63,963 nucleotides of DNA, filler included, from Thelocarpon superellum (GCA_026025795.1; 4 parts of 4 records of this genome joined end to end with filler, not necessarily neighbours in it), one strand, 5' to 3'; positions 47,511 to 60,409 are shown, counted from the first letter of the whole stretch. Numbers and translations: made by a program. The notes: generated by a model from the letters alone, not told the origin.

Positions 47511-48701
47511 ATGGGGCCACCGCGAAACCCATCCAACGGAAAGGGAGCGCAGAAGCGCGCATCGAGAGGGTCGTCATCAGGCGCAAAAGCCGAGGTGACC
47601 CACGGTGCTTCCGCTACAGGTCAAGATCATGTCCAGGGAGATGCCTTCGCGCGCCCCCAGCCTGTCCCGCTCGAGCATCAACAAGCCGTGCTGGACCTAT
47701 TCAAGACGTCATTCCGCCAGCGCATCGCGTCAGATCCGTCCCGCCTCCTCCAGGAAATCAAGGGCCACCTCTACAACCGAGACTTTGACGCTGCTTTTGG
47801 ACGGCCCGACTATCTTGAGGCCTACGCCATTCGCTGGAGTCCCAGCCGCGCGCTGGCCTATCTCGACATCTTCCGCGCCTTGCCCCGCGACATGCTCAAG
47901 CCGACTTCCTCACCACGTGAAGATGACGGTCCTCCCACATTGAGGGTCACTTGCTTCGGTGGCGGTGCTGGCGCAGAGGTTGTGGCTCTCGCGACATGTT
48001 TGGGCGTTGTCCAGCCATCTCCACGGAGCACTCCAAATCTCTCCGGCGAGCGCTGGCATCTCGTCGTCCGCGTTGCCGACATCGCGAACTGGTCCACCGT
48101 TCTAGAGAAGCTGGGAAAGGCAACTCTAGCCACGCAGCCTTCGGATCCAGGCATTGAGAATGGTTCAGATCTCCCGCGCTTCTACGAGGGCGACGAGAAC
48201 AATCCCGCCGTTGGATTCCGGCAATGCGATCTCTTGGACCTCTCCAGCGAAGAACTACAGTCCTTGGTGGTTGATGCGAGACTCATCACCATCATGTTTA
48301 CCCTCAATGAGCTCTATGCCGCTTCTCGCGTCAAGACCACCAAGCTACTGCTCGACATTGGATCCGTCGTGCAAATCGGCACCTTTCTCTTGGTCGTGGA
48401 TAGTCCGGGCAGCTACTCTTCCGTCAAACTAGGGAGTGGCGGGGCAGCCTCGCAGGCGGAGCAGAAGACTTATCCCATGCACTGGCTTCTTGACCACACC
48501 CTGCTCAGTGCAGGCGCCGGCGCCGGCGCAGGCGCAGGCGACGACGAGCCTGGTAAGGAAGCGTGCGTGTCGTGGCGATGGAAGAAGATTACAGGCGAGG
48601 AATCCCGATGGTTTAGATTCCCAGAGAATTTACGGTATCCGGTTGATTTGGAGAACATGAGGTATCAGATCCATTTGTATGAGCTTGTTGAGCGGCCGTA
48701 G
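47511..48701 (+). CDS. BMT6: Putative 25S rRNA uridine-N3 methyltransferase (Bmt6/DUF3115 family)
   Basis: IKGHLYNRDF..AF, YAIRWSPSRALAY, SAM-binding GGGAGAE, FTLNELY, VVDSPGSYS, YPMHWLLDHTL, LENMRYQIHLY. Confidence 0.8.
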   Translation: MGPPRNPSNGKGAQKRASRGSSSGAKAEVTHGASATGQDHVQGDAFARPQPVPLEHQQAVLDLFKTSFRQRIASDPSRLLQEIKGHLYNRDFDAAFGRPDYLEAYAIRWSPSRALAYLDIFRALPRDMLKPTSSPREDDGPPTLRVTCFGGGAGAEVVALATCLGVVQPSPRSTPNLSGERWHLVVRVADIANWSTVLEKLGKATLATQPSDPGIENGSDLPRFYEGDENNPAVGFRQCDLLDLSSEELQSLVVDARLITIMFTLNELYAASRVKTTKLLLDIGSVVQIGTFLLVVDSPGSYSSVKLGSGGAASQAEQKTYPMHWLLDHTLLSAGAGAGAGAGDDEPGKEACVSWRWKKITGEESRWFRFPENLRYPVDLENMRYQIHLYELVERP

Positions 48702-48787
48702 TCGAGGAGTGGTCGATGACACGCGGGGCATCAGGTCTTTTGGATAGTAATTTATCGATTGGTTCAGCCATTGAAGGTGTTAATATA

Positions 48788-49464
48788 CTACTCATCATCG
48801 TCCTCCGCGTCATCATTGACGACGTTGAAGAAGCGGAGCTCATAAACCCCCTTCGACGTCGATACCACGCGGAGCCAGTCTCGAAGCTGCTGCTTCTTGA
48901 GGAATTTCTTCGTCCTGCAACAAACCAAATCTATATCAGCCTACTGGCCCTGAGGGGTTCGGTCACGCCCGAAACGATCGGCACATATATGAACACATCC
49001 AGATCCAGACGTGGGACAGGGGGAATATGTGAGGCCACTTACAAGTACTTGAGATACCGGCCCGAGAACTCCTGATGAGCGACCACCTCGATCTTGCCAT
49101 CGCCCTGCTGCGAGATCTGGACGACATCGCCCAGGTTTCCCGTCCGTCCATCCACCTTGATCTTGTCGTGCAGGAACTTCTCGAACGCCGAGACGTCGAA
49201 GATCTTGTCGCCGGCGGGCTGGGAGGCATTGATGATGAACTTGCGAACAGGTCAGGGCAACATTCTCTCTGCGGGTCAAGAAAATTACACACCTTCTTCG
49301 TGACCTTGCCCTGCTTGGCCTTGGCACTGCTTCCACCGCTCCGAGATTTCTGTGGACCCAGATGCCGCGTCAGCGTGATGATGAGCAATACCATTGGTCG
49401 GATAGTCAACCAGCCGGCGGTCGGAAAAAGGAAAGGGTCGTGGACATACCGCTGCGGGAGCCAT
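48788..49464 (-). CDS. RPL22: 60S ribosomal protein L22e, 4 exons
   Basis: [73 protein letters not shown], acidic tail. Confidence 0.96.
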
Positions 49465-49658
49465 ATTTAGTTGAAGGCTGACTTGGACGCAAAGAGGTGA
49501 TTATCCTGCGCCAAGTAGAGTTCCGCCCTTCACGAAGAGATCATGAAGGTTGATAAGTCAAGTCGAGCAAGGGGAGAGCATTTGCCAACATTCGCCAACG
49601 ATAATAATGGTGGTGCCTCCACTTCAGTGTGCGCCCCGCTAAGCGTCATCGGAACTAG

Positions 49659-49674
49659 TGTGACCTTAGGGCTA
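49659..49674. promoter_or_regulatory. Ribosomal-protein promoter elements: HomolD-like TGTGAC next to a Tbf1-type TTAGGGCTA
   Basis: TGTGACC-TTAGGGCTA lies about 200 bp upstream of the RPL22 ATG. Both motif classes are known from fungal ribosomal-protein gene promoters. Confidence 0.5.
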
Positions 49675-49945
49675 GGAACCGCGTCAGATGTATCCGAAAC
49701 CTAATCCGCCGCGGCACTGGAGGTCCTCACACCACTATGAACGGGAAGTCCTCCGTCGCCTGACCATCTTGCGGGGTCTTCTCGGTCACTGGGAGATGTC
49801 CATCATCTCACAGCGACTGAGACATATTCTTCCCCCTGTATGTATAGCATCTCCAAAATGTAGTGTGATGCGGCATGTGCGTAAAGAACGTGATGTACAG
49901 GCGCCCACTCCCCTCCGCTACGACCGACCGCTCAACACACACAGA

Positions 49946-50931
49946 TCAGAGGTGATATGGCTCCAGCTGCTTCTGAGTCCAAGTCCACAGGTCCTCGCCC
50001 AGTTCCGGACTGCTCGACATCTTGGACTCTTTCCCCAGGATCGCCATGGGCTCGTAGAAAGCTCCGTTCTTCATTGCGCTCTTGTCCGCCGTTGCAGCCC
50101 AAAGCTGATGCCATGCCCCTTCCTCGGGCGCTTTCATCGATCCAATGTTAGTCGCGTAGACCAGGGCCTTATGCCAGAAGTCAAGATCGCCAACAAGTGC
50201 GGTTTTGACCACCCCGGGGTGGACAGAGACGGAGGTGATGTTCGGATACCTTCGGGCCAGCTCGTGGGCATAGATGACATTGGCAACCTTACTCTGACCG
50301 TAGCGGATCCAGGTACCCATGACCATGAAATTGTCCTGGGTCGTCTGCAGGTCTTTGAAGATGATGCCGGCCGGAGGGTGCATGCGAAACCCGGTCGAGG
50401 ACAAAAGGATGATCTTCACGTCGCTATGCGCGTCCTGCGCCGTTCTTTCCAATGTCGGCAGAAGCAGCTTGATAAGCAGCGCGTGTCCGACATGATTGGT
50501 GCCGAATTGGCTCTCGTAACCGTTCTTGGTCAGGCCTGGCGGGTGTGCCATGATGCCGGCGTTGCACATGAGCACATCCAGGCGCTGGGATTGCCCGACG
50601 AATTGCTTTGCTGCCTCCTGGACGGATTCAAGGTCGGCTAGGTCGGCTCGGATGAAGCTGACTTTAGCACCCGGTACCACCGCTTTGGCCTCACTGATGG
50701 CCGTAGCAGCACTCTCGGCATTCCGTCCGGTGAAGTAGACATGTGCTGGATTGTGCTTGGCCAACGGAATGATGCATTCCTTCCCCAGACCTCCCGTTCC
50801 TGTATGGCATCGTCAGACCTGTCTGACACACTGGTGATATGATTGAGGCTAGACTTACCTCCCGTGATGAGGAAGACTTTGCCGGAGAGATCTGGAATGT
50901 CTTTGTCGGGGTTGAAACTGATGCCACCCAT
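49946..50931 (-). CDS. Short-chain dehydrogenase/reductase (retinol dehydrogenase/WWOX-like), 2 exons
   Basis: DIPDLSGKVFLITGGTGGLG, LDVLMCNAGIM, QFGTNHVGH, catalytic YGQSK, VHPGVV.T. Confidence 0.93.
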
Positions 50932-51969
50932 GGTTTGCTTAGTATTGCACAGTAATATTGATGAAAAGGTTAGTAAAGATCCATTCAGTCAAAGGCAACA
51001 TCTGGAAAGAGCACAACCGAGCGAGGGAGTGTGATGATCTTTGTACTCGCAAGAAACACCTGAACCGGGACCGGAGACATGACAACTCCGAGACTCTCCA
51101 CATGCATCTCCGGAGCGTGCCGGGACTTCGTAAGTCCGTTCCGGGAAGTTAGCGGAATTGGCTCGGGTCGTCAGGACCACTGCGATCCAATCGACTCGCG
51201 AGAATGCTGAATAACACGGATAAATCTCGGCCTTTAGTTCAGCCGAGCCCGAAATGATTTGTAACGCGAACTGGCACCTGGTGTGACTGCCCGAGAAGTT
51301 CTGCCCTGCCTATCGGCCCATTTCCCCACTGGCCAAGGACTCGTTGCGCTATGACGGGACCCAGTAAGCTTGTATTCATGCTATGGACTTATAAATAAAC
51401 TCGTTGGGGCGTGCTCTCACCACGGTGACAATGGGCATTGTGCTGCTCTGTCACGAGGTTGTCTCAACCCTTGTCGAACCGAGCTGTAACACGTCTCGAC
51501 CGCCACCTTCTCTAGGCATGAAAGTTGACGTCCGCCTGCGCATGAAGTGTGCGCGGGCCCTCCCATGATCCGGGCAGCCAGCACAATGGTCATTCTCCCA
51601 AGTTAAGTTCGACTGAGCCTCGGTGACGCAAGCAATTGTCGAAACCGAGAACGACGCATGATGTATGAAGAGGGCCAGCCAACCAAGTCTCCCAGGCTCG
51701 TTGCGTGGCCATTCTCTGCATGGCCGTTCATCTCCCGTTGCATGATGTATCACGTTGAAGCGGAACAAGTTCTTTGTGGCGCTGCTCGGAGGCCACTTCA
51801 CGTCTCAAACGCGTCGCTGGCGTTTGAAATGTCCAGACACAAGATATAAATCCGGGCCAAACCCGCCGGCCCACGAAACGTGTCTGTATCTTGATCGCGC
51901 ACAACGCCATTGTATTGCTCAAGAAACCGCTCCGCGATCCTGTCGAGGCCCTCTCATTCATCCATCACC

Positions 51970-52771
51970 ATGCTGCTCTCCAACTCCCTCTTTCTTGGTA
52001 TGGTTTCTCCCACGACTAGTTCGCTACCGACCTCGACTGACATCTTTCGTATCAGTGCTCCTTTCTAGTCTTTTGACCAATGGCCCTTGCGTGCAAGCGG
52101 CGCCAACAACGACAATCATTGAATTACGTCAATCGTCGTCCGACATGTCAACGACGCCGAGCAACCAAGCCCTCGTCACAGTCTCGACCATCAACTGTGG
52201 TATTGCCACGCAACAATGTCAGACCTGGACATGCCCGAACCTGGCCACCGATGGCCACACATCGGTGCCTTCTGCAGGATCAGCAACGGATACGCTGGTA
52301 TATCAATTGTGCGAAGATTACTGCGGTTGTGAGACCAAGCAGACGGCGACCTCAGTTCCCGCGGCACTTGATGGCCAGGTCCAGAGCACCACGACGGACC
52401 AATCGCAGACCCAGGTCATCAACCAATTCATGACCTATCTGAACTGCACGACGGTGGATCTTCAGAACAGTAACGCGGTAGTGGACACCAATTGCCCCAG
52501 CTCCACCAGCAACAACACCAACACCGAGCCGCCTCCACCTCCGGAGAACGGCGTCGGTGGAACTGCAGTCCCTCCCAGCAATGGTACCGCCACTGGCCCT
52601 CTCCCTGCTGCGGGAACAGGCCCTGCTGGAGTCGCCCCTCCTAGTAGTGCAGGCACCCCCGGCGCCGTCGCACCCCCTGCCATGCCCCCTGCCGCACCCG
52701 CCACCGCGGCGGCCCAGGCCCTGACGCAAAGATCAGCCACGAGCCGGGGGAGAAGGAGAATCATTGTATAA
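51970..52771 (+). CDS. Secreted ~247-aa protein with an 8-Cys domain and Pro/Ala/Gly-rich tail (exons 51970-51997, 52056-52771)
   Basis: TATAAA at ~51845 and CACCATG. An intron (GTATGG..CTGAC..CAG) yields the signal peptide MLLSNSLFLVLLSSLLTNGPCVQA. Confidence 0.7.
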
Positions 52772-53870
52772 CTGTCCTTCTCTCTCCTCTTCCACTTCCG
52801 TCGTCGTCTTCTGCTACTCCTCTTCCTCCGCTCCACCTACCAAGGTTTCACCCCGGTTTCGAGATATCCCCGCGGGATGAGCTCTTCTTCCCTGGCGTAT
52901 CTCCGGTGTTCGGGGTGGCTGAGCGCGGGATCGATGTTCTCTTCGGCTTCTTCACTATTTTCTTCCATCTTATTTCTTCTTCTGCTTCTTCTTCTCCTCC
53001 TTCCGCCTCCTCCTTCTTGTTCCTCGCTCTATGAGAGAAGGAAAAGGAAGGAGAGCGAACCCCGCCCTGTTGTGGTTGGATCTCTTACGCTTGATCTGAT
53101 CATCCTCTGTGTTTATACTTCTATGCTCTATTGCACGCAGTACTGGTGCTGGCGCTGGGATGGGGATGGGAAGAGAGCGGCCTCTACTAGAGAAATTTTC
53201 CCTCTGATCTATCATGGATAGTCTATCTATGCTTCATCAACTTACGAATTCATACAATGATGCATCTAATCACCCATCCATCCGTCCATCTGTCCGTCTA
53301 CCTTGTTCCCCGCACACCTCTTCAGTCACCTACGGACCCTTGTAGTTCACATTAATATGTCATCGACAGGACCAAGCATACATGAAAGTCGTCGTTCGCT
53401 AGGTCACCGAGCTATTCCTGCTGTTCCGTGTTCTGTGCGTCGACTAGAGTCGATCGACACCCGCTAAGTGATTGCTTGTTATTAGCTACTTACTGCACTT
53501 GTCTCCCAGGGACTGCCTTACTGAACGCGGTTAGCAGTCAAGCGGTGTCATGCATAGATATGCAGGCATGACCTGCGGTACGTGCCTGGGCCCGTGCACC
53601 ACATACTGTACTACTTGTAGTACTAGTAGTATGCCAGTCCAGATGGTACCAAGTGCAGAGAAAGTACCTACACTTCCAAATCAGGAATGCAGCTACTCAT
53701 CGATCGAAACCAGGTTGTCATAGCTCATCAGCCAAGTACAACGTACTGCTTAACCCGACATAGCTCGTGTTCCCCTCAATTAGTGGGGCCTACACGCCAT
53801 ATTAGCCACGTTGGCACCGGTCGCGCAAAAATCAAGGGTGTTATGTAAAAGGAATCGTAAGGAGAGAGGG

Positions 53871-53970
53871 NNNNNNNNNNNNNNNNNNNNNNNNNNNNNN
53901 NNNNNNNNNNNNNNTTAATTAATTAANNNNNNNNNNNNNNNNNNNNNNNNNNNNNNNNNNNNNNNNNNNN
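53871..53970. other. Artificial contig linker
   Basis: Same 100-nt spacer. Confidence 0.97.
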
Positions 53971-55060
53971 GTACAGAAGACGGGGCGGCGGAATACCGTC
54001 GATTCTTTGTTATTGGGAAGGGAAGAAATGAGTTTGGTGCGCGGTCGCTGGCATTCCGTCTTTTTAGAAGGCACGACCGAGATGGCTTATCGTCCTCGCG
54101 AGCCTCTTTCTCTCTTTCTCTCTCGGCATCTCTCGACGTCGGGCTGTCCGTATCTGTCGTCCGTTACCCTCCAGAATTCTCGTCTGTCCCGTCCGTCTCG
54201 CTGTGACGCCCACTCACCCCACACTCATTCACTCGCGTGTCTCCACTCTTCTCTCTCCTCGTCTCCTTCGTTCTCTGATTGTCTGTTCTACTCTCAATAT
54301 GTCCTTTCTTTCCCTCGGCTCCATGTCGTTGCGCACGGGGTATAGACCTCAATGGACGACGAAGACGAGAAGAAGGATGGAAGAAGGAATGAAGAAAGAA
54401 AGAGAACGATAAGAAGTGGAAGAAGGAGAAGGAGGGGACGGAAGAAGGGGAGGGGGAAAGGGGTAATGTAATTACTAATTCCGAGCCTGGCCGAAACACC
54501 AAATGGGCAGACAGGACAGAGAGCGGGGGACGGTTTAATGGGCGGATGCGGACGTGGGTACGGACGCATAACGAGCAGACCGAGGCAGGCAGCAACGATG
54601 GATCAAAGCCGTCCAGAACCGCCGGGTCGGCTGGACACGTTTTGTCTCATTCTGTCGTCTTTGTCTATATTACGTTCCTGTGTTCCTGTGTTCCTGCGTT
54701 GGAGAGAGAGAGGGAGAAGGGATGGGAGAATAGTCTTCTATTCTCCTCTGGTAGATAGAAATACGTAGACGGATCAATCAAATAATCGACCAAGCAATCA
54801 TCAAACTATTGTCGCTCACAATACTGTACTGTTACGACTTATAGGAGTACCAGTAATCACTGCGTATGTCTGTTCCGAGATGAAGTGAATCGTCGTTTCA
54901 TGTCAAAGATATACATTCTGGAGGAACCATGGAATGCGTACAGCGTATAGGAAACAGTTGAACCGGATGTATATCTGACTCGAAGCAGAGTCATGACCAG
55001 AAGCCTGAGTCCAGATGCATCATGCCTTCCGCTCCGCCCAGAAGACAGAAGACAAATTCC

Positions 55061-56052
55061 TTACGCCAACTCGGGCGTATTCGGTCCATCCAGCTCATTA
55101 ATCTCCCGTCCACGAGGCGGGACAGGCATGTTCGGAGGCGGGTATTCGCTATAAGGCGGCTTGTCATCGACCACTTCGCCCTGGCTTAGACCAGGAGGGT
55201 GGCCGCCCACGAAGGCGCCACCGTTCCCGCCATCGGCGCCCCGCACGTACCGCCGTTCGGCACCTCGTCGCTGCCAGAAAATGAAGGCCAGTGCGGTCAG
55301 CAGAGCCACGCCCAGCGGGACGCCAACCGCGGCGCCGACCGTGGACGCGCTTGGTGACGGCTCGGGACAAAATTCCTGCGTGGAGTTGTTGTTGACGCAG
55401 TCGTCGGCAGAGTTAGAGTTGGAGGTCGAGGCGGAAGTCGAGGAGGAGGTCGATCCCGTGGAGGTCGACGTGGGGTTCGGCCACGGGTCAACGCCCACTT
55501 TGAACACCGATGGCGCAAGCCCGTTTGGCAGACCAATCTGCGTGCCGCAGCATCCATCGCTGCCTGTTTCGTAACAGCAGAAGGAGTGGTTGTCCGGTCG
55601 GCACGACAGGATCGGCACGTCCGTGCTTTGTTGTACTGTCGTTCGGAGCCAGGTTAGCTGAGATTCGATTGGACCGGCCAAGGGCTCTGGGGAAGATCGT
55701 CCTGACCCTCCGTGCACGATTTCGCGCAACTCGGGTCCTTGAACGTTGGATCGGTACAGGCACCACGATAGATGTAGCCCTGGCCACCGACACACAAGCC
55801 CCCCTGGATGCACGTGTCGGAGTCGAAGCTAAAGCCCTGGCAGCAGGCGCTGAACGTCGACGTCTTGTTGCAAGGGTAATGGTCCGTCGCCACCGTCTTG
55901 CCGTCCGGGTAGTAGCAGAGTGGAGGAGACGATGAAGACGCTCCGCCTGGTGACGAAAACAAGACGGGAAGTGAGAGGAGGAGAGGAAGATGAAGAAGAA
56001 GGTTCAAGAGTCGAGTGGCGGAGACCTCCGGATTGCCTCGATCTGAACCCAT
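55061..56052 (-). CDS. Single-pass membrane protein with Cys-rich ectodomain and S/T stalk (Mid2-like architecture), 2 exons
   Basis: Hydrophobic leader, CYYPDG...CN...SACC...C...GLC...YRGACTDPTF.DP.C...C, FCC...CC, S/T run, TM VGAAVGVPLGVALLTALAFIFW-QRR, tail with repeated EL motifs. Confidence 0.8.
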
Positions 56053-56825
56053 CTTGCTCTCGTGGAATGTGGATGAGAATGGGAATGGCAATGGAAGCCC
56101 TTCCGTCGCTATGGAACGGAGACAAGCAAGAGTGTGGGATGTTCTTGACAGATCGTGGCGAAAGAAGTAGCCCCGTTACTTGTCGCGGTCCAACGGCTCT
56201 TAAATTGCTGTGCTCCGACCATCTTCCCACCACTACGGTGGCTTGAACCATGGATTTCGAGAGTCTCTAGCGTTTCGCCCCCAAGTGTCACCCCTGCAAT
56301 CACTTGGAAGCCGTGGGCCGCCACCAGTTCTCCAGGATCATGTGACCAAGTGACCGAGATCTTCCCCTCTTGCCTACGAAGCAGCTATCGACCGAGAAGT
56401 CGTTTCTAGCTTTCAGCACTGCCTCCGTAGCCGCCGTGCAATGCAGTGACCAGGAGCTCGCAGCACGAAAGGCTTAGCCATGGTCCGCCTTTGCCTCGCG
56501 GTTGACACGGCCCGACAACCAAGTAATTCACGACTTGGCCCACACCGCGAGGCAGCTCCGACGCGGCTCCGCCTACTGGAAACTGCCTGGTGCACCGCTA
56601 GACGTGCTAGTGCTTACGGATATCGCCGACGTAATCTGTTTCAAAGCTACGATTAAAGAGGGAGGCCACAAGGCCTGTGCCACGGGGAGGCACGATGGGT
56701 GGTTGGCATTCGAGGGACCGCCCATCAAGTAGACCTCAACACCTCTACTCATGTCGCTGATTCGTTGTCTGTTTCCTGTTTCCTGCTTCTATCCACACTG
56801 CAACGCGCACGATCTGCATCTCACC

Positions 56826-58768
56826 CTACTTCACAGTAAACCTACTCCTTGCCCGCAGCGCTTTACCATAGAAGAAGAGAATAAAGATCCCGCCGATACA
56901 GGCGCAGGTGAGGGAGGCGAGGATGCTGAGGCCCTTGCCGACGCCCAGGTTAGCGTAGAGCGGGTGGGCAAAGATGATGGCCGCCGCCGCGAGCGACGAG
57001 CGGCAGAAATCGTTGGCGGCGAAGAGCGAGGCGGCGTATTGTGGGTAGGTCAGCGGCAGGTAGATGAAGATGCACTGGAGGATGATAAAGACGCCAACGG
57101 TGAAGAGGGCCAGCGCCACCACCGTGCCCATCCAGTGGATGCTGGGGTTGGCCAGCCAGGCTGCGTGAGGCCCGGCGGATTAGCAGCGGTGGGCTTCAAG
57201 GGCATGGAGAGCCTTACCGAACATGAAGAGCCCGATGGGCACCAGGAAACTCGAGAACAGAGCGGGGATGAGTCGGCGCTCCTGGTCCCCCAGCCCGTTC
57301 TTGAGCAGGTCGGGTTCGACAATGTACCACAGGTAGGCCCAATAGATGCCCACCGAGGAGATGCTGGCGACGGGAATGGCGAGGAAGGCGAGGCCAGTCT
57401 CGCCCACGTTGAAGTCATACATGACCGGGTAGACGAGGGGAAAGACCTCGAAGAAGGAGTAGAAGATGCCGTACACGAGACTGACGTAGACCGAAGTAAA
57501 GGTCACGGCCGGGTCGAGGATGGTGATCTGCCACGGCTTCCACAGGTAGAAGAGCGCCGTGTCACGCGGAGACATGTTGGCCTGGTCAATCTCGCTCTGG
57601 CTCTTCATCTTGTCGTTACCCGTGAGCTTCCGCAGCCGGCCCGCCCGTCGGAGCAGGATGTTGGAACCCGACGTTTCGGGGAGGAAGCTGAAGAGCAGTA
57701 GGAACGTGGGCCCCGCCATCCACAACATCTCCCAGAGCGACCAGCGCCAGTTCTCCGCCGGCACGCTGAAGCCCGAGATGATGGGACCAAGCGCTGGTCC
57801 GCCCGTGGCGAACAGCGCCCACAAGGAGACGGAGTACGGGAGCTTGATGAGCGAGTACAAGTCTCCCAACGACGCGCCGCCCGTGGCCAGACAGGGCGAT
57901 CCGAAGAAGCCCAGCAGGAATCGAAGCACCATCAAGCCGGCGAAATTGTTGACCAACGCTGCCGGGACGCAGAGGATGACGAACACGGCAAACGTAGCCA
58001 GATACGGCGGATTGCGCCCGATGGACGGGATTTCGCTCAGGGGCGACCACAACATCGGCCCAATGCCGTACGCAAGCACGTACATGGACAAGCCCAGCGA
58101 TCCCAGTGTCCCCGAGATGCCAAACTGCTCCATCAGCCCCGTGATACTGGGCGTGTAGATGGCCGACCCCATGTACACCACGAGCGTATACAAGCTGCCG
58201 CCGCGTCAGTATGGCCGGCCACGCTGCTTCGCCGGTGATCTCAGCCCACTCACCAGATCTGGAAGGTCACGAAATACTTCTTCCTCGAGCTCCAATTCTG
58301 CGGGTTTTCCGGGTCGTCGGTATCATACCAATCCACCAGAATCGTCCCATCATCCAGCTTCTCGGGGACGATGGGCCGCGTGGGTTCCTTCTTGACCGTG
58401 ACGGAGCTGTAGGCTCGCTCCAAGTCCTGTCGGGTTTGAACCTTGTGCAGACCCTCACGCGTGGCCATGCGGCTCAAGGCAGTGGTGTGCGAGGGAATTG
58501 GCTCGATGTCCAAGTCCTTCTCGGTGTCCGGAGTGGCGTCGGCCGTCGCCTGCTCCGGCGCTTCGCTGCCTTGTCGAGAGACCTCTTTCTCCGCGAGGGA
58601 AGGGTCTGCACCCGTTGCTTCCGCCGACGCATCAGTGGAGTCGGTGGGTTTGACATAGCACTTGGGACACCGCCAGTCGGCCCGTTCCTCTGGGTAGAGC
58701 AAGACCTTGTTCTTCGTGGCCAGGCGGATCAGCTGGCCCAGACCAGAATCCCGCAGAAGCGCACTCAT
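56826..58768 (-). CDS. MFS drug:H+ antiporter (DHA1; Flr1/Mdr1-like), 3 exons
   Basis: VDWY.TDDPENPQNWS, YMGSAIYTP, GPMLWSPLSEIPSIGRNPPY, RFLLGFFGSPCLATGGA, LPET, ERRL.PA, YAASLFAAND, LRARSRF. Confidence 0.94.
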
Positions 58769-59576
58769 GGTGGCGGTATGAGTGCGAGAGGGCGCAAGGG
58801 CAAGTGTACAGGAAGGCGCCGCCCGGGGAGAGCGAAGGGACAGAACATGAACTAGGGGAGGGACGCGGCGCGTGCGGCCTTATATCCGGCAGGGCGATGG
58901 CCCACAACACTTGCGCCTTGGCCGCAGGAAGGTTGGCCACGATTGAAACGGCGCGCTACTGGGACAACGGTAAGTCGGGGCCATTCTCGCCGATGGTACG
59001 AAGTACGATCGTCAGAGGCGGGGCGAGGGAAGTCTAGCACCACTGGTACGAGCACAAGTACTCGGACGTGCCCTGCAGCGATTCAGGTGCGAGGCCATCG
59101 TACGAACAGGCGATGATCGAGCGGATGGCGAAGGCAAAAGCGCCAAGATGGACGCTGGCGCCGCATGTCAGGACTCGGTTGGCAGGAGACGCTCCCGGCC
59201 ACGGTGGAAGGCTCATGCCGAAAGACCCTCCCGTCACGCCACGCATGAGCTATGCCGCGAACGGGCAGGCTCGGCCCACTATGACATCGCTGCAACCCTT
59301 TGCTCTGCCTTTTGTCCGATTACTGATCCGTCTAAACTCCGATCACCACGAGTAACGTGGGTATGTAACGCGGGCGACACGATCGCACGCGTTATGTGAG
59401 GTTCACTGAGTCACGGACCTGCTGAGTAAAGAGTTGCCACCCTCGATCGTCCGTCATCGCGTTGATAATTTGGCGGCACGCGTAGCGAGCAGGGAGAAGC
59501 ATGGGGCGTGTCTCAGCGGCCGCTCAATGGTCGAAGCGGGATGCGGGAGGCGGGGTGCGGGACTAGGAGGGCGAAG

Positions 59577-59924
59577 CTAGCGCGCCGCGTCAACGTTGGG
59601 CAGGTTGGCGCAGAGAGCGCATGCGTTGGCATCTAGCGCGGATCGAAATACCAAAGCACATGCCTGCCTCCTCTTATCGCCGTACTGGAGACGTCCTGCC
59701 ATGACCCAATCGTCCGTGGAGACAGAGCAGTAGTCGGTATGGTACACGTCCCAGTGCGAGTAGCCAAAGTAGTTGGTCCCGTTGCAGGTCGCATTTTCGA
59801 AGGTATAAGGTCCATACTTGAGGTTCCAATTTCTGGCAGCGACGAGTCCCGCCGCGCCCCAAGGATGAAGGAGAAGAAGCGGGAGAAGAACGGTCGAGAT
59901 GAGAAGGGCCAGAGAGCTCTTTAT
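59577..59924 (-). pseudogene. Small secreted Cys-containing protein gene with an apparent ATG>ATA start mutation
   Basis: CAAACA-ATA-AAG precedes KSSLALLISTVLLPLLLLHPWGAAGLVAA (signal-peptide-like) and an aromatic-rich mature region with 5 Cys; the frame is otherwise open. Confidence 0.55.
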
Positions 59925-60409
59925 TGTTTGGATTGGTGGCGACGGTATAACATGTCGGTTGGTCCATTTGGAGCGATGCCGGAGATCAGGTAGGCTGCTG
60001 CTTCGAACAGCTCCAGTGGGAGTCATGACCCAGTCTGAAGTACGGCAGTCTAAGACTTTCGATGGCCATTTCATTCCCAGCTGGTGCAGTAAGATGATGG
60101 TACGCAGACGATGCAGAGAGGCTCGGCCTCTTCGCTGCAACGCGCGTGCTGTTCCGTTATCCATGCACAACCCCTTCCTCACAACTGCACTGCTTCTCGT
60201 GGACTAGACCATGACGCTCGTGGACAAGCATCGACAATACAGTTCACATGCCCCCACATTATGGATTTCACGTCACTGCCTGTCTCTGTCAATGGCAGTT
60301 GACTAGAGCGCGTTGACTGCTATTGCGGCCAATTTCCACTGAACTCTACTTGGGTCTTCCTGGACTGTTTCAACTCCTTATATGTGGTAATGATAGAGAG
60401 TGGAAATCC

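Noticed and set aside
49688..50641. 317-aa plus-strand ORF and other long antisense ORFs (e.g. 56751-57701, 61958-62686, 7033-7797, 45540-46250)
   Set aside because: Shadow frames of GC3-rich genes on the opposite strand, with no protein-like motifs.
53971..54420. Possible gene end at the start of the last contig
   Set aside because: Dominated by CT/GA low-complexity sequence, with no recognisable motif or clear splice structure.
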